DNA of 63,976 nucleotides, counting the filler, from Licmophora abbreviata (taxonomy: Eukaryota), in the NCBI GenBank assembly GCA_900291995.1. It is 20 parts of 20 records of this genome, joined end to end, with 100 filler letters (N's around TTAATTAATTAA, not from the genome) between each part and the next. Parts side by side here need not be neighbours in the genome. Positions count along the whole stretch, not along the records: positions 1 to 3,792 come from OLMU01002318.1; positions 3,893 to 8,030 come from OLMU01002320.1; positions 8,131 to 12,946 come from OLMU01002321.1; 17 more parts are not named here. One strand, given 5' to 3'. This document shows positions 1 through 10,228 of the stretch, one piece after another. How positions within the stretch are numbered: position 1 is the first letter of the stretch; each line of letters starts with the position of its first letter. A program made the position numbers and the translations under genes. The notes under the pieces were generated by a model. It saw only the letters and a list, made by a program, of their open reading frames with translations. It did not search any database and was not told the DNA's origin.

Positions 1-987
1 CGTGCCATCAAGGCCGATCTGGAGGCCCGCCTGCCCATGACCCTTGGCCCGCTCGCACGTATAGGCAAGGCGTTTCGCAGGATGGCGGAAACTCTGCCGA
101 TGGGTCGCGCACGGCGTAATTTCTGGGCGGATTACTACTTCACCGCAGGGCCACGCGCCATGGATCACGGCGGCGAAGAGGCGGTGCAGACCATGCTGGA
201 CGGCCTTTTGGACCGCCATCACGGTGCTGCGGAACGGCCTGGCCATGTGGCTTTTGTGGGCGCAGGTCCGGGCGATCCCGAGCTTCTGACCCTCAAGGCG
301 CGCAAGGCGCTCGATACGGCGGATGTGGTCATCCATGACCGGCTCGTGACACCCGAGATCCTTGAGCTTGCCCGCCGCGAAGCCACGCTGATCGACGCCG
401 GCAAAGAGGGGTTCGGCCCCTCGATGACGCAGGACGACATCAACCGGCTGATCACGGAGCACGCAGCCCAAGGCGCGCAGGTCGTGCGCCTGAAGGGCGG
501 AGACCCTACCGTTTTCGGCCGTCTTGACGAAGAAATCGACGCCGTGGATGCAGCCGGCATCGGCTGGCACATCGTTCCCGGCATCACCGCCGCCTCGGCC
601 AGCGTTGCCGCCATCGGTCAAAGCCTGACACAACGGCGGCGCAATGCCTCGGTGCGGTTCCTGACGGGACATGACATGGCCGGCTTCGCCGATCACGACT
701 GGTCCGCATTGGCCCGCCCCGGAGAGGTTGCGGCCATCTACATGGGCAAGAAATCCGCCCGCTTCATTCAGGGGCGGCTGATCATGCACGGGGCAGATCG
801 GAGCACGCCGGTCACGGTGGTCGAGAACGCTTCGCGGCCCGATCAGCGCATCCTCGGCACCACGCTTGACCGGCTGCCGCAGGATCTGAACGAGGCTGCC
901 GTCACCGGGCCTGCGCTCACATTCTACGGGCTGGCCCCGCGTGCGACCCAAGTCGAACTTTCCGCTTTAGAACAGGAGCTTGCCTGA
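1..987 (+). CDS. cysG: Siroheme synthase CysG / uroporphyrinogen-III C-methyltransferase (5' end outside window)
   Basis: Frame is open from base 1. Motifs VGAGPGDPELLTLKA, RLKGGDP and VPGITAA are present. First gene of a cysI/cysH cluster. Confidence 0.93.
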   Translation, partial: RAIKADLEARLPMTLGPLARIGKAFRRMAETLPMGRARRNFWADYYFTAGPRAMDHGGEEAVQTMLDGLLDRHHGAAERPGHVAFVGAGPGDPELLTLKARKALDTADVVIHDRLVTPEILELARREATLIDAGKEGFGPSMTQDDINRLITEHAAQGAQVVRLKGGDPTVFGRLDEEIDAVDAAGIGWHIVPGITAASASVAAIGQSLTQRRRNASVRFLTGHDMAGFADHDWSALARPGEVAAIYMGKKSARFIQGRLIMHGADRSTPVTVVENASRPDQRILGTTLDRLPQDLNEAAVTGPALTFYGLAPRATQVELSALEQELA

Positions 988-988
988 T

Positions 989-1297
989 ATGCCCCGCGAT
1001 TTCACCCCCAAGGTCGTCACCGCCAACGCGCTGATTGAAGGCGATGTCGTCTACCTGACCCGGGATGACCGATGGACCCGGCACATGTCCGAAGCCGAGT
1101 TGATCACGGACGAGGCCGAATCCCAGCTGCGTCTTCTGATGGCACAGGCGCAAACCGAGACCGTCGTGGGTGTCTACTTGGCCGAGGCCAAGGCAGGTGC
1201 CAATGGCCCCGAACCTGTTCATTTCCGCGAGGCATTCCGGCGCACCGGCCCCTCGAATTACCGCCACGGCAAACAAGCGGAGTTGACCGATGTATGA
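989..1297 (+). CDS. Small conserved protein (DUF2849-like) upstream of sulfite reductase
   Basis: PKVVTANALIEGDVVYL...HFRE..R.TGPS pattern and its position between cysG and cysI. ATG at 989. Confidence 0.8.
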   Translation: MPRDFTPKVVTANALIEGDVVYLTRDDRWTRHMSEAELITDEAESQLRLLMAQAQTETVVGVYLAEAKAGANGPEPVHFREAFRRTGPSNYRHGKQAELTDV

Positions 1298-1541
1298 CTA
1301 TACCGAATTCGACGCAGCCTTCGTGGCCGAGCGCAACCGCCAGTTCCGCCAGCAGGTCGAACGCCGTCTGAGCGGCGCATTGACCGAGGATGAATTCAAG
1401 TCGCTGCGCCTGATGAATGGGCTTTATCTGCAATTGCACGCCTATATGCTGCGCGTGGCGATCCCCTATGGCACGCTCAACAGCCGTCAGATGCGCCAGC
1501 TGGCCTATCTCGCCGAGCGGTGGGACAAGGGCTATGGCCAC

Positions 1542-1576
<35 letters not shown>

Positions 1577-2963
1577 CAAATTGCGCGACGTGCCCGATAT
1601 GCTGGATGCGCTGGCCGAGGTGGGCATGCACGCCATCCAGACCAGCGGCAACACCATCCGCAACGTGACCGCCGACCATTTCGCCGGTGCCGCAGCGGAT
1701 GAAATCGCCGATCCCCGCCCGGTGGCCGAGCTGATCCGGCAATGGTCCACCGATCACCCCGAATTCCAGTTCCTGCCGCGCAAATTCAAGATCGCCGTCA
1801 CCGGGGCCGCCGCGGACCGCGCGGTGACGCGCGCGCATGACATTGGTCTGCAGATCGTCCGCCGCGAAGGGCAAACCGGCTATCGTGTGATCGTGGGCGG
1901 TGGGCTTGGGCGCACACCGATGATCGGGAAGATCCTCAATGATTTCGTGACGCAGGACGATCTCCTGCCCTATCTGGAGGCGGTGGTCAGCGTCTGGAAC
2001 CTGCTCGGTCGGCGCGACAACAAGTATAAATCGCGCATCAAGATCACCGTGCACGAACATGGCATCGACGACATCCGCGCCCGCGTGGAGGACCGTTTCA
2101 ACCTGATCCGGCCCACATTCACGGGCGTCGATCTGGCACTTTTCGAGCAGATCAAAAACGCTTTCGCCCCGCCCGCCTTTCGCACCGACAGCACGGCGCT
2201 CTTCGACACAAGCTACAGGACCGATCCGATCTTCCGGTCCTGGGCCGATACGAACCTCGCGCCGCACCGCGCGCCGGGTTATGCCATCGTGCAGATCAGC
2301 CTCAAGGCCCATGGCGCCACGCCGGGCGACGCAACCGCCGATCAGATGCGCGTGATGGCAGATCTGGCCGAACGCTATGGCCATGACGAGCTGCGCATCA
2401 GCCATGAGCAGAACGTCATCCTGCCCCATGTGCACAAATCCGATCTGCCGACAGTCCATGCCGCGCTGAAAAAGCACGGGCTGGCCACCGCCAATATCGG
2501 ACTGATTTCGGATATCATCGCCTGCCCCGGCATGGATTACTGCGCGCTGGCCACGGCCCGTTCGATCCCGATCGCCCAGGATATCGCCCGCCGCTTCGAC
2601 GACTTGAAGCTCGAGCATGAGATCGGCGAGCTGAAGATCAAGATTTCCGGCTGCATCAATGCCTGCGGGCATCATCATGTCGGCCATATAGGTATTCTGG
2701 GCCTCGACCGCGCCGGGGTGGAGAATTACCAGATCACGCTTGGCGGCGATCATACCGAGGCAGCGAGTCTGGGTGACCGGACCGGTCCCGGATTCTCGGC
2801 TGATGAAATCCTGCCTGCGATCGAAAGGATCGTGCAGACCTATCTCGATTACCGCGACAGCCCGGACGAGACGTTCCTGCAAACATATCGCCGGATCGGC
2901 ATGAGCCCCTTCAAGACTGCGCTTTATGACAGCGATAAGGCCGAGGTCTATGCAGCACAGTGA
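1290..2963 (+). CDS. cysI: Sulfite/nitrite reductase hemoprotein subunit
   Basis: YMLRVAIPYG and HFTTRQNIQ motifs; siroheme/4Fe-4S ligands CPGMDYC and GCINAC. Confidence 0.93.
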
Positions 2964-3684
2964 TCCCACATCCCGCGTGGCGGCCCTGAATGCGCGCTAC
3001 AGGCATCATGCGGCCATCGATGTTCTGGAGCATGCGCTCAGCGATGCGGATGCCGGGCGGCTGGCGCTTGTGTCAAGCTTCGGCGCGGAATCGGTCGTGC
3101 TGTTGCATATGGTGGCCGTGGCGCGGCGCGACACCCCGGTGATCTTCGTCGATACCGAGATGCTGTTCGCCGAAACGCTGGTCTATCAGCACGAATTGGC
3201 GGAACGGCTGGACCTGCGAGATCTGCGTATCGTGCGCGCACCCCGCGCCGATCTGGCGGCCCAAGACGCGAACGGAACACTACACCGCAGCGCACCGGAC
3301 GCATGCTGCGCCCTGCGCAAGACAAAGCCACTGCAGCGCGCGCTTGACAGCTTCGATGGCTGGATCACAGGGCGCAAGCGTTACCAGGGCCCGAGCCGCG
3401 CCGCGCTGGACTTCTTCGAGGCCGAGCAGGGCACCGGGCGCATCAAGGTCAACCCGCTGGCCCATTGGACCCCCGAGGATATCCGCACTTACATGGACGA
3501 AAACCGCCTGCCCCGGCATCCCCTGGTGGCGCGCGGGTATCCGTCCATCGGCTGCCGCCCCTGCACCACCCGCGTGGCGGACCATGAAGACCCAAGATCA
3601 GGCCGCTGGCGCGGCCACGACAAGACCGAATGCGGCATTCATTTCGAAAACGGGCGGATCATCCGCCAAGGAGAGACAGCATGA
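2950..3684 (+). CDS. cysH: Phosphoadenylyl-sulfate/adenylyl-sulfate reductase
   Basis: SSFGAES, CCALRK, GYPSIGCRPCT, RSGRW and KTECGIH motifs. ATG at 2950 overlaps the cysI end. Confidence 0.93.
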   Translation: MQHSDPTSRVAALNARYRHHAAIDVLEHALSDADAGRLALVSSFGAESVVLLHMVAVARRDTPVIFVDTEMLFAETLVYQHELAERLDLRDLRIVRAPRADLAAQDANGTLHRSAPDACCALRKTKPLQRALDSFDGWITGRKRYQGPSRAALDFFEAEQGTGRIKVNPLAHWTPEDIRTYMDENRLPRHPLVARGYPSIGCRPCTTRVADHEDPRSGRWRGHDKTECGIHFENGRIIRQGETA

Positions 3685-3752
3685 GTATCATCGTCACCGA
3701 CCGAGGGTTTCGCCCCGATAACTGGACAGCCCTCTGCCAGACCAAGAAGTAA
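3681..3752 (+). pseudogene. N-terminal fragment of the small protein (DUF934-like) that normally follows cysH; truncated near the contig end
   Basis: ATG overlaps the cysH stop (ATGA). Reads MSIIVTDRGFRPDNWT, then an early TAA after ALCQTKK, close to the contig end. Confidence 0.5.
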
Positions 3753-3792
3753 CGTGTGTAATGCGTTCCGAAGCTGCCTGCTCAAAGAGGGC

Positions 3793-3892
3793 NNNNNNNN
3801 NNNNNNNNNNNNNNNNNNNNNNNNNNNNNNNNNNNNTTAATTAATTAANNNNNNNNNNNNNNNNNNNNNNNNNNNNNNNNNNNNNNNNNNNN
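3793..3892. other. Artificial scaffold linker (first of many in the window)
   Basis: N-run + TTAATTAATTAA + N-run, giving stops in all six frames, repeated identically at every contig junction. Confidence 0.98.
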
Positions 3893-3934
3893 GATGGACG
3901 GGCGGTGACGCCCTGCCCGATCCAATCGGCAGAC

Positions 3935-3968
3935 AAAAAAACCCGCGCCCAATGGCGCGGGTTTCTTG
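3935..3968. terminator. Probable bidirectional Rho-independent terminator
   Basis: A-run, AACCCGCGCC-CAAT-GGCGCGGGTT hairpin, then T-rich tail; just downstream of the 3991..4779 minus-strand gene. Confidence 0.8.
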
Positions 3969-3990
3969 TTCAGCGGTTTGACGCGCGGGA

Positions 3991-4779
3991 TTACAGACCA
4001 AGCGCCTCGCGGACCGACGACAGCGCCTGGTTGAGAAGATCGGGATTGTTGCGCGCCTGATCCAGAGTGCCTTTTAGCAAGGTTTTCTGCATGTCGCCCA
4101 ACTGGGACTCGTCGATCATCTGCGCGACCTTATCGAAGTCGAAGCCATCGACAGTCAGGGCCTCGGGCGTTTGCGCGGGGCTATCGGTTGCGGCCTCTGC
4201 CGATGTCTCGGGTTCTGTCTGGGGGGCTGCATCCGTCGCGGCATCGGTCGCGCTGTCTGTGCTCGGGGTTGCGTCGGGCGCGGCGTCGGCCGTGCTTTCG
4301 TCTGTTGTCGGCGCCGTTTCCTCAGCAGTTTCCGTGGCTTGACCAGCATCAGACGAGGTGCTTTCGCTTGCGGCATCGGCGGCTGGATCGGCTGCAGTGA
4401 CCGCTTCTTCGACCGCCTGCTGCGCTGCGTCGACCGTGTCCTGTGCGGCCTCTACGGCACCTTCCATCGCAGAGGTAGCCGCGTCTGCTGCAGAGGATGC
4501 GGCGTCCTGAGTGGCTTCAACGGCGTCGCCTGCAGCCTGCGAGGCTGTGTCTGCCGCTTCGCTTGCGGCGTCCTGTGCTGCATCCACGGCCTGCCCGGCC
4601 TCGTCGGCGGCGGTGTCTGCGGCGGTGCCGAGAGTGTCAGCGGCCTCTTGCAGGGGTTCCGGCTGCTCGACGACGCCGGTGACTGCCTCGGCGATCTCAT
4701 CGACCGATTTGCCGGTGAACAACATGTAGCCACCGGCCAGAACGGCAACGGCCACCAGTATCCAAACAAGGTTTCTCAT
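3991..4779 (-). CDS. Membrane-anchored Ala/Asp/Thr-rich low-complexity hypothetical protein
   Basis: N-terminal TM helix (MRNLVWILVAVAVLAGGYMLF), long acidic Ala-rich repeat region, compact C-terminal domain (LTVDGFDFDKV...REALGL). Divergent from infC. Confidence 0.8.
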   Translation of the reverse strand: MRNLVWILVAVAVLAGGYMLFTGKSVDEIAEAVTGVVEQPEPLQEAADTLGTAADTAADEAGQAVDAAQDAASEAADTASQAAGDAVEATQDAASSAADAATSAMEGAVEAAQDTVDAAQQAVEEAVTAADPAADAASESTSSDAGQATETAEETAPTTDESTADAAPDATPSTDSATDAATDAAPQTEPETSAEAATDSPAQTPEALTVDGFDFDKVAQMIDESQLGDMQKTLLKGTLDQARNNPDLLNQALSSVREALGL

Positions 4780-4982
4780 CACTCTCTTCCCCTCGAAATA
4801 TTGGCCGACCAACAGCTTGCGGCCTTCGTGTCCTTGCTTTCAGATGTCGACCCAAATGAAAAGCCGCAAGAGGCAATCTTGCTTATTTAGGCTTGGATCA
4901 GCCGATTTTGCCGCTTGAAACGCCGTGATGGCGCGGTTACTTTCGCGCATCAAATTACCCCAACAACCAAAGGAACAAAGCC

Positions 4983-5528
4983 ATAGCCCGCAGACCCCAC
5001 AACGCGCCCCCGACGCGCGAAACAGGCCCCCGCATAAACGAAAAGATCCGCTGCCCGGAAATCCGTCTGATCGGAGCGGACGGAGAGAACGTTGGCGTCG
5101 TGACGCCTGAGCGGGCAATGGAGATGGCTGAGGAGGCGGGGTTGGATCTGGTCGAGATCTCTCCCAATGCCGAACCGCCTGTCTGCAAGATCATGGACTT
5201 CGGCAAGTTCAAGTACGAACAGCAGAAACGCGAGGCCGAGGCGCGCAAGAAACAGAAGATCATCGAGGTGAAAGAGGTCAAGTTCAGACCCAACACCGAT
5301 ACGCATGACTATGACGTCAAAATGCGTAACGTCTTCAGATTCTTGGAAAATGGCGATAAGGTGAAGATCACGCTGAGGTTCCGCGGCCGCGAAATGGCGC
5401 ATCAGGATCTGGGCCGCGACCTGCTGCACCGGGTGGCGGAGGACGTCAAGGATCTGGGCAAGGTCGAGAACATGCCCAAGATGGAAGGTCGTCAAATGAT
5501 CATGGTGATCGGCCCACTTTCGCGCTGA
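4983..5528 (+). CDS. infC: Translation initiation factor IF-3, non-canonical ATA start
   Basis: [26 protein letters not shown] and KEVKFRP motifs. The frame extends upstream of the tracked start (5100) to ATA at 4983 ([23 protein letters not shown]), preceded by an AAGGA SD. Confidence 0.93.
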   Translation: MARRPHNAPPTRETGPRINEKIRCPEIRLIGADGENVGVVTPERAMEMAEEAGLDLVEISPNAEPPVCKIMDFGKFKYEQQKREAEARKKQKIIEVKEVKFRPNTDTHDYDVKMRNVFRFLENGDKVKITLRFRGREMAHQDLGRDLLHRVAEDVKDLGKVENMPKMEGRQMIMVIGPLSR

Positions 5529-5545
5529 GCGCGGCGGGGCGGACT

Positions 5546-5635
5546 GCGTACGATCCGTACAAATCCTACACCGGTTTGGGACGAACTTCGGCACTTGCCC
5601 CCTGATTTGTGTCCCTTCCGTACACAAACACGCGA
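5546..5635 (-). repeat. Dispersed ~90-bp intergenic repeat, family B, copy 1
   Basis: Its reverse complement aligns ungapped with 48648-48715 (45/68 identical by hand count; 21 of the first 24). Confidence 0.65.
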
Positions 5636-5640
5636 CAATC

Positions 5641-5674
5641 ACCCGCTTGCACCGCCCGGTGCGAGCGGGTTTTA
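5641..5674 (+). terminator. Rho-independent terminator after infC
   Basis: ACCCGCTTGCACC-GCCC-GGTGCGAGCGGGT stem-loop followed by TTT. Confidence 0.7.
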
Positions 5675-5725
5675 TGATGGTGGGACCAACACTGGATACC
5701 CGACACCGAAAGGACATGGACGCTG

Positions 5726-6328
5726 ATGTGGGAAGAGCGCTTCGCGACGCAGGAATACGTGTTCGGTCGGGAGCCTGCGGCCTTTCTGACCGATCACGCC
5801 GATCTGCTGGAGCCGGGTGCTACGGCGCTGGCGGTGGCGGATGGCGAGGGGCGCAACTCGGTCTTCATGGCGGAGCGCGATCTGGAGGTCACGGCGCTGG
5901 AGTTCGCGCCCTCGGCCATCGCCAAGGCCCGGGCGCTTGCCGCCGAGAAGGGCGTGACGGTGAGCTTTCGCGAAACCGACGTGCTGGCGCATGACTGGGC
6001 CGAGACGTTCAATCTTGTGGTCGGTATCTTCATCCAGTTCGTTGGACCCGATGAGCGCGCCCGTCTGTTCGACGGAATGCGGCGCAGCGTCAAGCCCGGA
6101 GGGCTGATTTTGCTGCATGGCTACACGCCCGAGCAGATCGCGCTTGGCACCGGCGGGCCGCCCTATGCGGAAAACATGTATACCGAAGACCTGCTGCGCG
6201 CGGCTTTTGGGGACTGGCAGATATTGGAGTGCCGCGCATATGATCGGGAGATCAGCGAGGGTCGTGGACATTGCGGACGCTCGGCCCTGATTGATCTGGT
6301 CGCCCGACGCCCCGAGACGGACGCGTAA
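5726..6328 (+). CDS. Class I SAM-dependent methyltransferase (TehB-like)
   Basis: WEERF...YVFGREP and SAM-binding LAVADGEGRNSVF; KPGG motif. Confidence 0.85.
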   Translation: MWEERFATQEYVFGREPAAFLTDHADLLEPGATALAVADGEGRNSVFMAERDLEVTALEFAPSAIAKARALAAEKGVTVSFRETDVLAHDWAETFNLVVGIFIQFVGPDERARLFDGMRRSVKPGGLILLHGYTPEQIALGTGGPPYAENMYTEDLLRAAFGDWQILECRAYDREISEGRGHCGRSALIDLVARRPETDA

Positions 6329-6428
6329 CACCTGCCGGAGGGTCAGTCCCGCGCCCGAAGCTCAGGCGGCGCCGTGGTGGGTAGTTGTTCCATGTCAAGG
6401 CGCTAACAGTCCAGATCGGCTATAATCG

Positions 6429-6480
6429 ACGGAATGGAAATCAGCTCACATATTACGGAATGGAAAACAGCTCACATATT
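6429..6480 (+). repeat. 26-bp tandem duplication spanning the start of the downstream hydrolase
   Basis: ACGGAATGGAAATCAGCTCACATATT followed by ACGGAATGGAAAACAGCTCACATATT (1 mismatch). Confidence 0.9.
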
Positions 6481-7122
6481 GAGGTTTTTATCACGATGGC
6501 GAAGGGTGCCATGATTCTGTCAGGCACTTTGAGCATGCCGGAAACCCCGTCAGGATTGGTGATCTTCGCCCATGGTAGCGGCAGCAGCAGGATGAGTCCG
6601 CGCAACAGATACGTGGCGGATCGGTTGAACGCCGCAGGGCTGGCCACATTGCTGTTCGATCTGCTGACCGAAGAGGAGGCGTTGGACAAACGCAATGTTT
6701 TCGACATCGCATTGCTGGCCAATCGCGTGGGGGCGGCGCTGAACTGGTGCACCTGCGAGCCATGCGTCCGCGATTTGCCCTGCGGTCTCTTCGGGGCGAG
6801 CACGGGGGCGGCGGCGGCCTTGCGGGCGGCAGCCGACCACCCGAGTGTCGTGCGGGCGGTGGTCTCACGCGGCGGGCGGCCCGATCTGGTGAAAGACGCC
6901 CTGCCCCGCGTTTTTGCACCGACCCTGCTGATCGTCGGCGAGTTGGACAGCACGGTCTTGATCCTGAACCGTCATGCGGCACGATCATTGATCTGCGACA
7001 CCACCATCGAGGTGGTGCCGGGTGCGACGCATCTTTTCGAGGAACCCCGCGCGCTGGATCAGGTGGTGGCGCACGCGACGGGCTGGTTCGACCGGCATCT
7101 GGCGCCTGCGAGGGCGGTCTGA
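6460..7122 (+). CDS. Dienelactone hydrolase-like alpha/beta hydrolase
   Basis: FAHGSGSSR.SPRN, nucleophile elbow GASTG, VSRGGRPDL and GATHLFEE motifs. Confidence 0.85.
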   Translation: MENSSHIEVFITMAKGAMILSGTLSMPETPSGLVIFAHGSGSSRMSPRNRYVADRLNAAGLATLLFDLLTEEEALDKRNVFDIALLANRVGAALNWCTCEPCVRDLPCGLFGASTGAAAALRAAADHPSVVRAVVSRGGRPDLVKDALPRVFAPTLLIVGELDSTVLILNRHAARSLICDTTIEVVPGATHLFEEPRALDQVVAHATGWFDRHLAPARAV

Positions 7123-7161
7123 GCCGAGCCGCGCGCCTGACGCCCATTCCCGTTCACGGCC

Positions 7162-9174
7162 TTATTGCGGCAACGCCGGCTCGAGCAGGGTGATGCCCAC
7201 CGCCGCCGCGCGCGCCAGTTCCGGGTCCAGAGACATCGGGATGTATTCGCCCCGCCGCCAGAGCTGTGCCAGATCATCATAGTGACGCGACAGGAAATGT
7301 CCCGATTGCCCGGTCGAGATGACAAACACGCTGCTGTCGGGATCGGCGAAATCATAGACCCCGCGATACCCCGCGCCATGCACGTTCTGGAAGGGCTCGG
7401 GGCCGCTGCCACGGGTGCGGCCGCGTTGCAGGGTGTTGTCGCCGCCCGAGGTGGATTGGCGGATATTGACGAAATAGCGCAGCACCGGCACGTCGCCCAG
7501 AACCGGGTGATCGTGCGTTGCCTGATGCGCGTCGCCCCATCGCAGGCTTTCGAGCGCCGTGCCGTAGCGTTCGTTGATCCAGACCAGCGCATCATCCAGC
7601 GCCATCCGCGCGATATCGGTACAGGTTTCCACCGGCGAGGATTGCCGGACATCGCACCACGCCGAGGCGCCGTCGATATCGCGGTAGACCCGTTCGATGA
7701 ACACCGGATCGGGATGGGCGAATTCGCGCGACAGCGGGCCGAGATCGTCACGGATCAACCGATCCTGAAGCGCGCGCATCCAAGCGGCATAAATCAGCGG
7801 TTCGGGCAGATGTTCGTTCATCTCGCCGTTCCAGTCGGACAAAAGATCGAGCGCGCGCTGGCGCTGGCGTTCGGGGGTGCCGTCGGGCGCGGCTTCGCCG
7901 GTGAACCACAGGTTTGCACCGATGAGCGGCAGGAGCGACCGGGCGGTGAAGCTGACGGTGTCGAGCTGCGCCTCGATGAAGCTGTCGCGGGTGTGCACCT
8001 CGCGGCTTTGCATCAGGCGTTGCCAGCGATNNNNNNNNNNNNNNNNNNNNNNNNNNNNNNNNNNNNNNNNNNNNTTAATTAATTAANNNNNNNNNNNNNN
8101 NNNNNNNNNNNNNNNNNNNNNNNNNNNNNNTTCGGGGTTGAGCCGTTCGATATGCACATCCTGATCGTCGAGATAGGACGAGGTCAGCCCCCAGCCCAGA
8201 TCGTTGCTGCGCCCGCTCAGGATGGCGGGCATGCCGGGGATCGTGCCGCCGATCACGCCGCCGCGCTCCAGTTCGAGCCGCGCGAGATACCAGATCGCCG
8301 GCGCGGAAAAGCCCAAATGGGGATCATTGGCCAGAAGCGTCCCCGAGCTTGCCGAACGTGCAGGTGCCGCGGCCCAAGCGTTCGAGGCGCCCGCAAAGGC
8401 CCGAGGATTGAAGGGCGAGAGCGGATCGCGGGGACGCGTCGTCAGCGCGGCATGGCGCAGCGTCTCGGCGCCGGGCATGAGGCTGGCGTAATCGGGAAGC
8501 GCCGCAAGACCGCTGCCGGGGGCGAGCGGCAGGATATCGTCGAGCCGTGTGACCTCTTCGAGGGCGAGGGAGGCGCGCGCGCGCAGCACCTCATGTTCGA
8601 GATGCGAGGACAGTTGCACCGCCATCAGCTTGAGAATGGCCAGCGAATCCGCCGGTTGCCACGGCGCCATGGGGGCATTGAAAAGGAACATCTCGGGCGC
8701 ACCCCGGCCAAGCGCGTCGGCGTTGATCTCGGCCAGTCGGGCGTTGACGCCTGCGGCATAGGCCTCGAGCGCACGGAGGGTTTGCGGGGTTTGCGCGGCG
8801 ACCGAGCTGCGGGCCAGATCATGCAGATCGAAGCGGCGCATGACCTTGTCGATCTCGAGCGTGCGGGGGCCGAACACCTCGGAGAGACGGCCTTGCGCGG
8901 TGCGGCGCAGCATCACCATCTGCCACAGCCGGTCCTGCGCATGGGCGTAGCCGAGGCCGAAGAACGTGTCGGCGTCCCCCTGCCCGAAGATATGCGGCAC
9001 ATTGGCGTGATCGCGCACGATCTCGACCGGGGCGGAGAGGCCCTCGACGGTGAGGGCCTTGTCGTAATCGGGCAGCGAGCGCGACAAGAGGTAATAGAGG
9101 CCCAGCACGGCCACGAGCACCAGCAGGATGGCGCCGCCGGTCAGCCTGAGAAGCCATTTGAAGATCGACGCCAT
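7162..9174 (-). CDS. Penicillin acylase / Ntn-hydrolase (S45) family protein, interrupted by assembly gap 8031-8130
   Basis: N-terminal TM anchor; VPHI, GYAHAQDRLWQM, beta-chain start ASNAW and LLANDPHL; C-terminal TGQSGH...HYDD. Confidence 0.9.
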
Positions 9175-9250
9175 GCACGCACCCGGTTTTCCCTTGCATT
9201 CCGCCATGGGATAGTCAGAAATCCCCCCCGAGACAATGGGAAGGGAGACG

Positions 9251-10129
9251 ATGATGACGAAACTGGCATTCCTTGGCCTTGGCGTGATGGGCTACCCGAT
9301 GGCGGGGCATCTGCAGGCGGCGGGACATGACGTCTGCGTCTACAACCGGACCGCGGCGAAAGCGGAAAAATGGGCCGCCGAACATGGCGGGCGCCACGCG
9401 GCCACCCCGCGCGAGGCCGCCGAAGGGGCGGCGTTCGTGATGGCCTGTGTCGGCAATGACGACGATCTGCGCAGCGTGTGCAGCGGCCCGGATGGCGCCT
9501 TTGCCGGGATGGGCGACGGGGCGGTTTTCGTCGATCACACGACGGTCTCGGCCAAGGTCACGCAGGAGCTTTACGCGCTGGCGAAAGAGGCCGGGCTGAA
9601 CTACGTCGATGCGCCCATTTCGGGCGGTCAGGCGGGGGCCGAGAACGGCCAGCTGTCGATCATGTGCGGCGGCGATCAGGGCGCTTATGACGCGGCCGAG
9701 CCGGTGATGACCACCTATGCCAAGCTGTGCCGTCGGATCGGCGAGAGCGGCGCGGGACAAATGACCAAGATGTGCAACCAGATCGCCATCGCGGGGCTGG
9801 TGCAGGGCCTGGGCGAGGCGCTGCATTTCGCCCAAGAGGCGGGGCTTGACGGGCGCGCGGTGGTCGAGGTGATCAGCCAAGGTGCTGCGGGCAGCTGGCA
9901 GATGGCGAACCGCTACGAGACGATGCTGGACGACAAGTTCGAGCATGGCTTCGCGGTGGACTGGATGCGCAAGGATCTGAATATCTGCCTGTCGACGGGC
10001 GACGAGATCGGCGCCTCCTTGCCGGTGACCGCACTGGTCGACCAGTTCTACAAAGATGTGCAGAACATGGGCGGCGGCCGGTGGGACACATCGAGCCTGT
10101 TCAAGCGGCTGCGCAAGCTGTCGGGCTGA
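9251..10129 (+). CDS. NAD(P)-dependent beta-hydroxyacid dehydrogenase (3-hydroxyisobutyrate DH / tartronate semialdehyde reductase family)
   Basis: LAFLGLGVMGYPMA, DAPISGG and KMCNQ motifs. Confidence 0.9.
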   Translation: MMTKLAFLGLGVMGYPMAGHLQAAGHDVCVYNRTAAKAEKWAAEHGGRHAATPREAAEGAAFVMACVGNDDDLRSVCSGPDGAFAGMGDGAVFVDHTTVSAKVTQELYALAKEAGLNYVDAPISGGQAGAENGQLSIMCGGDQGAYDAAEPVMTTYAKLCRRIGESGAGQMTKMCNQIAIAGLVQGLGEALHFAQEAGLDGRAVVEVISQGAAGSWQMANRYETMLDDKFEHGFAVDWMRKDLNICLSTGDEIGASLPVTALVDQFYKDVQNMGGGRWDTSSLFKRLRKLSG

Positions 10130-10152
10130 GCGCGCGCGGCGTCCGGGGGTAT

Positions 10153-10228
10153 GGGGGCCAGCCCCCGCCGTTGAAATCCTTTTGGGGATTTCAACGACTC
10201 CCCCGGGGGTATTTGGGCCAAGAAGAAA
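10153..10228 (+). repeat. Palindromic intergenic repeat, family A, long form
   Basis: GGGGGCCAGCCCCC, internal CGTTGAAATCC..GGATTTCAACG palindrome, CCCCCCGGGGG, then TATTT..GCCAAGAAGAAA. Homologs at 14336, 22810, 28669 and 38974. Confidence 0.9.
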
